From positions 1-39,499 of the forward strand of contig JBOHFW010000055.1 of NCBI GenBank assembly GCA_050699835.1: DNA of 39,499 nt. Direction: 5' to 3'. Positions within the stretch are counted from its first letter, which is position 1. Each line of letters opens with the position of its first letter. Under the pieces are notes generated by a model that searched no databases, was not told the origin of the DNA, and saw nothing but the letters and a program-made list of their open reading frames with translations. Made by a program: the position numbers and the translations under genes. Shown piece after piece: positions 26,265 through 34,190 of this stretch. The DNA is from Pseudonocardiaceae bacterium. GTDB lineage: Bacteria; Actinomycetota; Actinomycetes; Mycobacteriales; Pseudonocardiaceae.

Positions 26265-27476
26265 TTAGTTCAGCGATAGCCCGACGCGGGCAGCCAGCTG
26301 CGTGGCCTCGGTGACTACCGAGCGGGGGCCATGTGTGATTACCGTGCGCAAGGTGGCGTGAGCGGCCGGCCGGTGCTGCATGTCTTCAGGGGCCTCTCGT
26401 TCAGCAGCGTGCAGCAGAAGCAGAGCAGCGGCGAAGTTGCGGCGTTGCTCATAGCCCTTGGCTTGATCGAGTAAAAAAGCCACTCGTCGTTCAATAGAGG
26501 GGGAATGTCCGTAGTCGATTTGTTCGGCCAGTCGCAGACCCTCCGTAGCCTCGCCCGCCTCAATTTCGACGGTCACGGCGTACATGGCGACGTTGGTTGG
26601 TCCAAACGCAGTCCACAAGGTGTTGCATTCACCCGTTTGATCGGCTAGCGGAGCGACCTCCCGTAAGCGGCTGCGAGCGGTCCACGCGTCACCCTGACGG
26701 GAGACCGCGACCGCCCCCATCAACAGTAATGTGCCATAGACCGCCGCCGTCTCGGCGCCGCCCTCGGCGATGAGGGGGCGGAGGGCGTCGGCAGCGCGCA
26801 TTGCCACCATTTCTGCGCCCTCGGGCTGGCCGTCGGCGAGCAGCACGTGGGCCAAGTTCCACCGCGCGACGGACAGCCGCAACGCATCGTCCGCGATCTC
26901 GGCCGCTCGCACCGTCCGGTCGGCCGCCAGCAACGACAGATCACATCTGCCGAGTCGTTTGGTCACAGTCCGTACGAGGCTGTAGAGATCAGCAGCGCAA
27001 GTCTGGGCATGTCGCCAGCTCGTCGCGGCCTCAGCTTGAGGTGCTTGCACCGCCGATTCGGTGTCGATGATGAGCTGCGGCAGTTGGCCTGCGAGCTGGC
27101 TGTAGCGCTGGGGTGACGTTTGCCATGTCCGCCAGGCCCGCGCTACCCGCGCGTGCACCTCCGTGGCGAGGGGCACCTCGGAGGTCATCAGCATCGGATT
27201 GACCAATGCGCAGTAGAGAGCCTTTCCGGTCGTCGTATTCGGTGGTTGGTTGCTCCTCGGTAGTTCCTGCCCCAGCAACTCGGCCACCGACACCCCGAGC
27301 ACCTCAGCGAGCTTCGTCAGCACGGCAACGGTCGGCAGCTTCATTCCGCGCTCAATCTGGTACAGGTAGTCGGCCGTAATTCCGGCCAGCCCGGCCACCA
27401 CGGTCTTCTTCCGCCTCCCGGCGGTTCGGCGGGCTCGCACACGCTCACCGATGGCCCGCGCCAGCTGCTCGTCCAT
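26265..27476 (-). CDS. XRE-family HTH regulator with a large helical (TPR-like) C-terminal domain
   Basis: HTH segment LAGITADYLYQIERGMKLPTVAVLTKLAEVLGVSVAELL, followed by about 320 aa of Ala/Leu-rich helical repeats. Divergent from the HAD gene. Confidence 0.8.
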   Translation of the reverse strand: MDEQLARAIGERVRARRTAGRRKKTVVAGLAGITADYLYQIERGMKLPTVAVLTKLAEVLGVSVAELLGQELPRSNQPPNTTTGKALYCALVNPMLMTSEVPLATEVHARVARAWRTWQTSPQRYSQLAGQLPQLIIDTESAVQAPQAEAATSWRHAQTCAADLYSLVRTVTKRLGRCDLSLLAADRTVRAAEIADDALRLSVARWNLAHVLLADGQPEGAEMVAMRAADALRPLIAEGGAETAAVYGTLLLMGAVAVSRQGDAWTARSRLREVAPLADQTGECNTLWTAFGPTNVAMYAVTVEIEAGEATEGLRLAEQIDYGHSPSIERRVAFLLDQAKGYEQRRNFAAALLLLHAAEREAPEDMQHRPAAHATLRTVITHGPRSVVTEATQLAARVGLSLN

Positions 27477-27555
27477 GCCGTTTACCCCTCGTCCGAGGCG
27501 TGATCGACAGGGATGCTACGCCCCCTCAGGCGCCCCCCTTGGCAGACTTCGGGGT

Positions 27556-28308
27556 ATGACTGGACGGGACACCGCGAATCAATCGCCGTACATCCTGGTG
27601 CTGTGGGACATCGACCACACCCTGATCGAGACACGCGGTGTTGGTCGAGCTGTCTACGAGTGGGCGTTTCCCCTGATCACCGGCAAGCCGCTCCGGCAGC
27701 TCGCCAGGGTCGCCGGACGGACCGAGCTGGTCATCATGCACGACACACTCCAGCTCCACGACGTCGAACCGAGCGAACAGACGATGCGCCGCCTGGCTGC
27801 GGCACTCATCCAGGGCTATGAGGATGCTCGGGCGGAGTTGGCCACGACCGGCCGTGTCCTCCCCGGTGCTAAGGAGACGTTGGCGGCCCTGGCCGCTGAC
27901 CCCCGCGTCCACCAAGCCGTCCTCAGCGGCAACCTGCGAGATGTTTCCCGCATCAAGCTGGAGGTGTTCGGTCTTGACTCCTATCTCGATCTCGCGTCAA
28001 GCGCCTACGGCGACGACCACACCGAGCGCCCCGAGCTGGTTGCCATCGCCCAGAAACGCGCTACCGAGCGAATGGCGGCTAGGTTCGACAACCAGCACAC
28101 CGTCCTTATCGGGGACACACCCAACGATGTAGATGCGGCCCTCACGGCTGGGGTACGAATCATCGCGGTCGCCAGCGGCAAAAGCGATGAAACTGAGTTA
28201 GCACAAGCCGGAGCGCCGGTTACCGTCTCTGACCTCACCCACACGACGACAGTCCTACAGTTGATAACCGATGAACTACGAACGTCCGCTGAGCAACCAC
28301 GCACGTAG
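27556..28308 (+). CDS. HAD-superfamily hydrolase (phosphatase-like)
   Basis: Motif I LWDIDHTLIE (DxDxT), motif III/IV ..LIGDTPNDVDAA... Start taken at MTGRDT (ATG 27556), not the track start 27451, which would overlap the XRE gene. Confidence 0.8.
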   Translation: MTGRDTANQSPYILVLWDIDHTLIETRGVGRAVYEWAFPLITGKPLRQLARVAGRTELVIMHDTLQLHDVEPSEQTMRRLAAALIQGYEDARAELATTGRVLPGAKETLAALAADPRVHQAVLSGNLRDVSRIKLEVFGLDSYLDLASSAYGDDHTERPELVAIAQKRATERMAARFDNQHTVLIGDTPNDVDAALTAGVRIIAVASGKSDETELAQAGAPVTVSDLTHTTTVLQLITDELRTSAEQPRT

Positions 28309-28519
28309 GTTTCAGGCGACTGACGGTAACGATCTGAGCTCGGATTGCGATGGAGTGGTGAACCTTATCAACTTGAAGATAAAAACCTGCAGCAGATGAG
28401 CGGAAACTCGTAGCTGCGACCATCTGCTATGAGTCCTCATCATGACTCATGAACCACCCCGGGTTCGATTAAGCACCATAGACATAACAGAACAGTCGGC
28501 CTCTCGACAGGCACAGCGA

Positions 28520-29102
28520 CCTCCCTGGCGCAGCGCGACGATAGGAAGATTCGAGAGGTAGATCAGCCTGACGGCCGTCAAGGTGTTTCATCCGCACTGG
28601 CTGAAACTCAGGCTGTCCCCGCTGCTGTTCACCCACGATGACCCCCACCGGAGCCATTGCGCTTCGATCGCAGCGCACAGGGACCCATCCAGGGAGGCGG
28701 CAGGGATGCCAGGGAGTTCTCCCCGCCGCCTCCCTGGCCCTACCTCCCTGCGCTGAACTGCTGAAATGCCAGTCAGGGAGGCAATTGTCGACCTCTCCTA
28801 GGCCCTGCGAAACCCCCGATTTCGGCGCCAGACACCCCGCCGTTCCCGCCTCCCTCCCTGCCCGAAAACTCCTGTTCCAGGGGCAGCGCGGTCGCCTGAC
28901 CGGATACTGACAGTGGCGAAAAACGGCGGGGAGATGGCCGGGGAGGAGTCGGGGATGGCGGGGAAGTTTCCCCGACACCTCCCCACGCCCGCTTCCCCGC
29001 TGACCAGCCCGCACACCCGAGAGTGACCCACATCAAAGTCCTGCCGACACCGGCCCAAACCCCGGAATCCGGCTACTCACACGCCGGACAGCCTCCCTCC
29101 CC
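28520..29102. repeat. Cluster of CCAGGGAGG / CCTCCCTGG motif copies and nested G-rich/C-rich inverted repeats in non-coding DNA
   Basis: Reverse copies at 28520-28528, 28729-28737, 28743-28750, 28849-28860 and 29092-29102. Forward copies at 28689-28697, 28709-28716 and 28774-28781. 12-bp perfect stem CCAGGGAGGCGG (28689-28700) / CCGCCTCCCTGG (28726-28737). Interleaved pairs GGGGAGGAGTCGGGG (28940-28954) / CCCCGACACCTCCCC (28970-28984) and GCGGGGAAG (28958-28966) / CTTCCCCGC (28992-29000). Confidence 0.5.
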
Positions 29103-29175
29103 GACCCTGCGCATCCCCCCGTTCGACTACTCGAAGTGACACGCAGTCTGGTTACAGGGGCCCGACGTCCGGTGA

Positions 29176-29802
29176 TCAGGCGATCGCGTCTTCGGGCCTG
29201 CGCAATGCACGTGTGAGCGGCGCCGTGGTGTCAGCGAGTCGGGCGGCCAATGGGCGCTGCCCCGAGGAATGCGGACGCCCATCCCGGGCCCGATCCTCCA
29301 ACGCATCCCGCAACCGGCGGGACGTGTCATCGGAGGACCGGCAGGCGTGCGCGACCTCGATCCGCAGAAAGAACCGATCATCCGCATCGGAGAGATCCCG
29401 GCGATTCGCCTGCCCATGCAACGTGATGTCATGCTCCTCCGACAACGTTAGGAGCTCCTCTAAATCCCGGGGCTGGCGCATCAACCGATCCGGATGATAC
29501 ACAATTACATGCCGCAACTGCCCCGCCCGGATCGCGTCCAGTAACGCATTCCACCCCGGACGACACCGATTCCGCTGCCACGCCGACTGATTATTATCCA
29601 CAAACACAGCACCCGGGGCAATCACCAATCCCAGCCGCTCGGCCACCTCACGGCACAACCGCTCCTGGCGATCCACCCCGGTCTGATCCTCATCCCGGGC
29701 TCTGGAGATCCGGCAATAGATCGCCGCCGGCTGCCCAGCCCACCCCGACGACCCACCCTCACCCCGAGTCCTGCCCCGGGTGTGACGCTGCGCGCTGCCC
29801 AT
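29176..29802 (-). pseudogene. Large serine recombinase, N-terminal resolvase domain only (truncated)
   Basis: From ATG 29802: ..AAIYCRISRARDEDQTGVDRQERLCREVAERLGL..WQRNRCRPGWNALLDAIRAG..VIVYHPDRLMRQPRDLEELL.. carries the catalytic Ser in the RIS context. It stops after 208 aa, with no recombinase or zinc-ribbon domains. Confidence 0.7.
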
Positions 29803-29835
29803 AAGGCCGTAGTGTATGAACGAGGCATGAGCCGG

Positions 29836-30048
29836 GTCGACATCGACACCCCGCTCGGCCAGGAGCTCTTCCACGTCACGGTAGGAGAGCCCGAAACGCA
29901 GATACCAGCGCACCGCCAAGGTGATCACCTCCGGCGGAAACCGGAAACCAGCGAACGCCGAGGGCGCGACCGACGGGGCGACACAGCGAGCGGCACTCAT
30001 CAACCAAGCATGACCACCGCTGCTCCAATCCACGGACGCAACAGTGCC
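29836..30048 (-). mobile_element. IS6/IS26-family IS fragment (terminal IR plus first ~50 codons of the transposase)
   Basis: Outer end GGCACTGTTGCG at 30048 (IS26-type IR GGCACTGTTGCAAA from memory). Encodes MSAARCVAPSVAPSAFAGFRFPPEVITLAVRWYLRFGLSYRDVEELLAERGVDVD, matching the IS6 transposase N-terminus (..ILWAVRWY..ISYRDLEEMLAERGV.VDH). Homology ends about 29836. Confidence 0.8.
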
Positions 30049-30218
30049 CATCAGTGCCATCAAACATCCTTTCGCGGATGCGTGTATCATTCTGTCCAGC
30101 TGCCGCTCTTTTTAGTGACCTTGATTACGAGTCCGGAACAGGAATCCAGTGCGCAGCTTTGGCCACACAGCAACGACCTCCCACGCGCCTCGCCGGCATC
30201 TGCCGACGCGACGGAGCG

Positions 30219-32390
30219 ATGAGCCATCTTCCTCGGCGGGGCTGTGAGGTGAAGGAATGGCGCGTGGACAGAGGGACGGCGTCGCGACCGCCTCTCACGG
30301 GAGACCGCGACGCCGTCGCCCGTAGGCAGGTTTCGCGCCCCGCGGGCCTGCCCGGCACGGTCTTGTGGCTTCAGTCCGCGGCCGGGAATGCGCGGGTCGT
30401 CCGGGCGTTGACACTTCTTCGCCAGCATGCCCCGGGCCCTGCCCCTCCGCCTGCCCCCGCCCCCAAAGTGACGTCTCTGCTCAAGCGGGTGGCCGACTTC
30501 ACAACTTCGAAGGCGACGCTCAGCGGCGTCGAGGTGAACGTCACGGGTCGTCTCGTAGTGAGCGGCCAGGCGACAGTCATCGACGCCACACTACCGGCGA
30601 ACGCCGCAGCTCGTGCCGTCGCGGGGAGGGCGAGCGAGCTCCTCGTGGCGGCGCTCGCCGCTGCAACACCTACCGGATCAGCCACTCGTATTGAAGTCTC
30701 CCTCGGGGGGAATCCGCTAGTGCTGGAGCTGACCGCCGCACCCGTGGGTCCGGCCTTCCAGGTGACTGGGCACTTCACCGCGAAAGCCGGAACGCTGTCG
30801 GTGCCTGGGGTGGATGTCATCTCACCCCAAATTACGCTCGACGCGACCATCTGGATCGCGCCGCCGCTCACGACCGGGGCGTCCCCCTCCCAGCCCGCCG
30901 CGGCAGCACCAGGCGACGCCACAGTGAAGACCTACTCCTTCGCTGGAGACCTATCGCGTTTCAGCGACACAGCCATGGGTGGGCGGAGTCGCAGCGTTAG
31001 TCTGAAAAGCAGTTTTGACGAGCTTGACCAGAGGCTGAAGCCAGAAGTCAAAGCGGGCGCACGGGGCTTTCTCACCCGCCGCGAGCAGGTGCTCGCCTTC
31101 TTCCAGGAGATGCGGTCTTACTTCGGCACCGACGACAAGACAATCGACCACTTCGCAAACTTCCGGAAGGCCAACATTAAAGGGGCCACCACGATCCTCC
31201 ATGAGGCGGCCGCTCTACGACTGGAGGCGGTGCAAGCAGAGGTCGGCACAGCCAATATGCCCTCCAGCGGCGGCGTCGGCTGGCCCCGATCGGAGTGCCG
31301 CCTTAGCGGGAAGGCTGGGCTCGACAACCTCCACAACCTCGGGATGGCCATCGACTACAACGCGGCCCAGGCTCCCAACATCAAGGACCTGCGGATCAAG
31401 GATCTAATCAAGATCACCACCGGACGCGGACCAACGGCCAACTATCCATCAACGAGGGGCATAGACAGGCGCAAGGTCGACGAGACGAGTACGACCGGCA
31501 GCGACGCAGAAAAGCAGGCGCTCGCGAACGACGCCGCCGTGACCCGGTGGCTCGACGGGGTGGAGGCCGAGGCCACAGCGCTCGGCCAGGCATCCGAGGA
31601 TTTCCGGGCCAGCCTCCAGACCAAGGCGGACCCGAGTGACCCGAAAAGCGCTGTGGTCGACAACGGACCCAAGCTCGTGGCGCTTCGCACGCGCTGGCAC
31701 GCCGCGGCCGCAAAGCCCCCGGCCCAACGCACAGCTGAGCGGGCCGCCGTGATGGCAGAGCTACCCGCCGTCGTAACGCCTTGGCGAGATAAGATCGTCG
31801 CGTCTCGTACCACGTCGCAGGCGGACATCACCAACAGTGGCGTCGATGCGGCGACGTTGCCCACAGATTCAAAGGCGGTCGCGGATGCCGCCCTTACGGC
31901 CGAGCGCTTGCGCCAGAGGGCGCAGCCGCTGCTCGCCGCCGCAGCGCCACTGCCGAAGACACGGCGCCGCCAGATCGATGTGCTCATCAGGCAGGCGCGC
32001 ACGGCCATCGGAGAGCAAGGCGGATCCCCCTCTGCTGACGACGCAGCCACGATCGCGGAGCTGAAGCGCCTCGATAAGCTTCTGGAGAAACGCGGCATTG
32101 CGCTGCTCGCGCACAGTCGTATCATGCGAATGAACTCGCTTGAGGCTGCGCTGTCAGACGCCAACTTCATGTTCGGATCCGACCCGTCCGCAGCAGTTAT
32201 TAACCCATCGGCAGCGCAGCTCGTCGGCGAGGGCTTCTTCACGCTGAAGGGTGCGCCTAGGGCTGGAGTGGGAGCCTTCAGTCCGGCCTTTGTGAGGTCG
32301 ATGCTCAAGCATGGCTTCGGCCACGGCGCGGAGTGGGGCTCACCTGACCTCATGCATTTCGAGCTTCGTTGGAAGGGCCCCGGCCAGTAA
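30219..32390 (+). CDS. Toxin-like protein: LQxxAGNxxV N-terminal motif plus a split LAS/M15-type zinc peptidase signature
   Basis: N-terminus ..LPGTVLWLQSAAGNARVVRALTLL.. LAS metal boxes DNLHNLGMAIDYN (H-x6-D) and, about 330 aa later, GHGAEWGSPDLMHFELRW at the extreme C-terminus. Start is ATG 30219 or GTG 30264 (AAGGA 7 nt upstream). The track start 30054 lies in low-GC leader DNA directly abutting the IS end. Confidence 0.7.
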   Translation: MSHLPRRGCEVKEWRVDRGTASRPPLTGDRDAVARRQVSRPAGLPGTVLWLQSAAGNARVVRALTLLRQHAPGPAPPPAPAPKVTSLLKRVADFTTSKATLSGVEVNVTGRLVVSGQATVIDATLPANAAARAVAGRASELLVAALAAATPTGSATRIEVSLGGNPLVLELTAAPVGPAFQVTGHFTAKAGTLSVPGVDVISPQITLDATIWIAPPLTTGASPSQPAAAAPGDATVKTYSFAGDLSRFSDTAMGGRSRSVSLKSSFDELDQRLKPEVKAGARGFLTRREQVLAFFQEMRSYFGTDDKTIDHFANFRKANIKGATTILHEAAALRLEAVQAEVGTANMPSSGGVGWPRSECRLSGKAGLDNLHNLGMAIDYNAAQAPNIKDLRIKDLIKITTGRGPTANYPSTRGIDRRKVDETSTTGSDAEKQALANDAAVTRWLDGVEAEATALGQASEDFRASLQTKADPSDPKSAVVDNGPKLVALRTRWHAAAAKPPAQRTAERAAVMAELPAVVTPWRDKIVASRTTSQADITNSGVDAATLPTDSKAVADAALTAERLRQRAQPLLAAAAPLPKTRRRQIDVLIRQARTAIGEQGGSPSADDAATIAELKRLDKLLEKRGIALLAHSRIMRMNSLEAALSDANFMFGSDPSAAVINPSAAQLVGEGFFTLKGAPRAGVGAFSPAFVRSMLKHGFGHGAEWGSPDLMHFELRWKGPGQ

Positions 32391-32520
32391 GGCCAGTGCT
32401 TCGGTAGTTAACTCAGCCGCCAAGTTCTTGATCGAGCCATACCGACGATCCACAGCGCAAGGCGCGACCTTGACACTGGTTTATGAGTGGCGCGCGCATG
32501 TCTGGTTTTCGCGGGCGGAC

Positions 32521-32653
32521 GGCACTGTTGCGTCCGTGGATTGGAGCAGCGGTGGTCATGCTCGGTTGATGAGTGCCGCTCGCTGTGTCGCCCCGTCGGT
32601 CGCGCCCTCGGCGTTCGCTGGTTTCCGGTTACCGCCGGAGGTGATCACCTTGG
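32521..32653 (+). mobile_element. Second IS6/IS26-family end fragment, inverted relative to 29916-30048
   Basis: 133 bp matching the reverse complement of 29916-30048 with 2 mismatches, by hand alignment. Starts with GGCACTGTTGCG at 32521 and diverges after ..GTGATCACCTTGG. Confidence 0.8.
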
Positions 32654-32745
32654 TGTGGGCGACGCGTGAAAACTGACCCCCTCCTGGTGGCGAGGCCTCG
32701 GGCGAGACCCTGGTTGATCGTTGATCAGGGGGAGGGGATGCGGGG

Positions 32746-32853
32746 GTGTTGGCTGTGGAGGATTGGGCTGAGATCCGCCGGTTGTATCGGTCGGAGGGGA
32801 TGCCGATCAAGGTGATTGCGCGGGTGATGGGGTGTTCGAAGAACACAGTCCGT
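32746..32853 (+). mobile_element. IS21-family transposase (IstA) N-terminal fragment
   Basis: VLAVEDWAEIRRLYRSEGMPIKVIARVMGCSKNTVR matches the conserved IstA HTH N-terminus. Only about 36 codons remain, abutting the IS110 fragment. Confidence 0.7.
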
Positions 32854-33135
32854 CTTACGACCCGGCACATGCTTCAAATGCGCGGCATTGACCAACAGCA
32901 CCTCGAAATCATCCTCCAGCAGGTAATACGGCGCCTTCCAATACACGCCCGTGGACTCCATCGCCACATGCGTCACACCCACTGACGCCAGCCAGTCCCG
33001 CAGCTCCAACAGATCCGGCGTAGTCGCTCCGAACGACCGAACCTCCTCGGCCAACTTCCCCCGATCACTGACCACCCGGACACACACCACCAGCAACGCC
33101 TGACCCACATCAATCCCCGCACATCGATCAATCAA
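32848..33135 (-). mobile_element. IS110-family transposase N-terminal (DEDD) fragment
   Basis: From TTG 33135: MIDRCAGIDVGQALLVVCV..FGATTPDLLELRDWLASVGVTHVAMESTGVYWKAPYYLLEDDFEVLLVNAAHLKHVPGRKTD has the characteristic IS110 DEDD boxes (GIDVG, AMESTG, VNA..K...GRKTD). It breaks at about 32848, where the IS21 fragment begins. Confidence 0.75.
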
Positions 33136-33786
33136 CCTGCGCGCCTGACACCTCCACGGCTCACCACGACCACGACGTGCACTCGCAAGGGGGCTGCCAG
33201 AACAGACGACTCTGCTCCACGTGCTCACAGGCAACAGTCCAGGGCGCCGAACAACCCCCGCGACCAGACTTCAGAACGGGCTCACCCGGCACCATGGGGC
33301 GGCCGGCGTCGTCGCAACAGTCCCAGCTCGAGCCGTTTGCATGGCTCTTCCGCCGTCAAGCGCCCTGCACCCAGCGCATGGTCTCCTATCCGAAGCGAGG
33401 CCTCCACAGAGCCGTCGAGTTCGGGCATGGCGCAGGCGACCTCGATCTCCGGCGCGAACCCGATCCTTGCGGTCTCCGCACGCTCCGCGTGCAGCTTCTC
33501 TCCCTGCGTCATGCGCGCTTCACCTCGATATCCACCCACGGCGACGGTTTCGGAGGCTGTGCAGCCATGCGCAGATACTACCCTCGGGCGCTGGTCCAGG
33601 GACTCCTATGAACGTACGGTCGCGAGGTTCGTCGAAGACCTGGAGATTCGGATGCCGATGCCCTACGAAGTGGAATGTGTAAGTTATCTCTATCCGGTGA
33701 GATCGCTCAGAGTGGTCCCTTCGACACTCCTGATGCTGCTCACCAATCTAAAGTGCGCGATTCAGGCCGAACGATCGTCGAATCGC

Positions 33787-34002
33787 TTATCCGTGCGTCC
33801 AGCGCTTCGTCGTGTTGCAGACGTGACATAGTGCACCTCGCACGATGCCGTGCTCGTGGCAGGGGGCCCAGAAGATGAACGCGGATTGGTTTTTCCAGCC
33901 GCCGGGGTTGTTCGCGGCGCTAGGGGCTGTGGCAGCACGTATCTGAGCAGCGTTCCGAAACTGGGTCACTGCGCCGGGTCTCGCCTCGCTGCACAAGTTC
34001 AC
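33787..34002 (-). pseudogene. Endonuclease-VII-like fragment (weak)
   Basis: ..FIFWAPCHEHGIVRGALCHVCNTTKRW.. resembles the Endonuclease_7 core DH.H.tG.VRGLLC..CN. The upstream Cys motifs are not recognisable. Confidence 0.3.
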
Positions 34003-34190
34003 TCGATCAGGGTTGAGTATGCGGTATTTACCAGGCGTTGTTCCTCCTCATTTCCTGTGGGTGCTGGCTTGGATGCCGGGGACGGGAGAGGACGTCGAGA
34101 TGGAGACCAGCGGCGTGGGCAGGCGACGGTCCTTGAGTCCGCGGCGTCGGCGCAGCCGGCGCAATACTTTCGGATGGCGCTAGGACTGCC

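Noticed and set aside
28455-28475. tRNA-like 3' end (ccccgggttcgattaagcacca)
   Set aside because: It has a GGTTCGATT T-loop-like word and CACCA, but no complementary T-stem or acceptor stem. Not a tRNA or a clear tRNA fragment.
28590-28650. Possible degenerate attR: caggctgtccccgctgctgttcacccacgatgacc vs tRNA-Val 3' end caggttcgacccctgctgcgcccaccactctgacc
   Set aside because: Only patchy identity (CAGG, CCCC, CTGCTG, CCCAC, TGACC) with indels, which is plausible by chance at this GC content. A computed alignment score against shuffled controls is needed before calling a sub-island border here.
28469-29058. 181-, 87- and 86-aa minus ORFs and a 90-aa + ORF in the motif-rich region
   Set aside because: The translations are Arg/Gly/Pro-rich and simply mirror the GGGAGG/CCTCCC repeats. 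There are no start context or motifs, so the region is treated as non-coding or eroded DNA.
30054-30218. Track start codon at 30054 for the 778-aa ORF
   Set aside because: The first 55 codons lie in low-GC, T-rich DNA immediately abutting the IS6 terminal repeat and look like a promoter/leader. The coding-type composition and the conserved N-terminal motif begin after 30219-30264.
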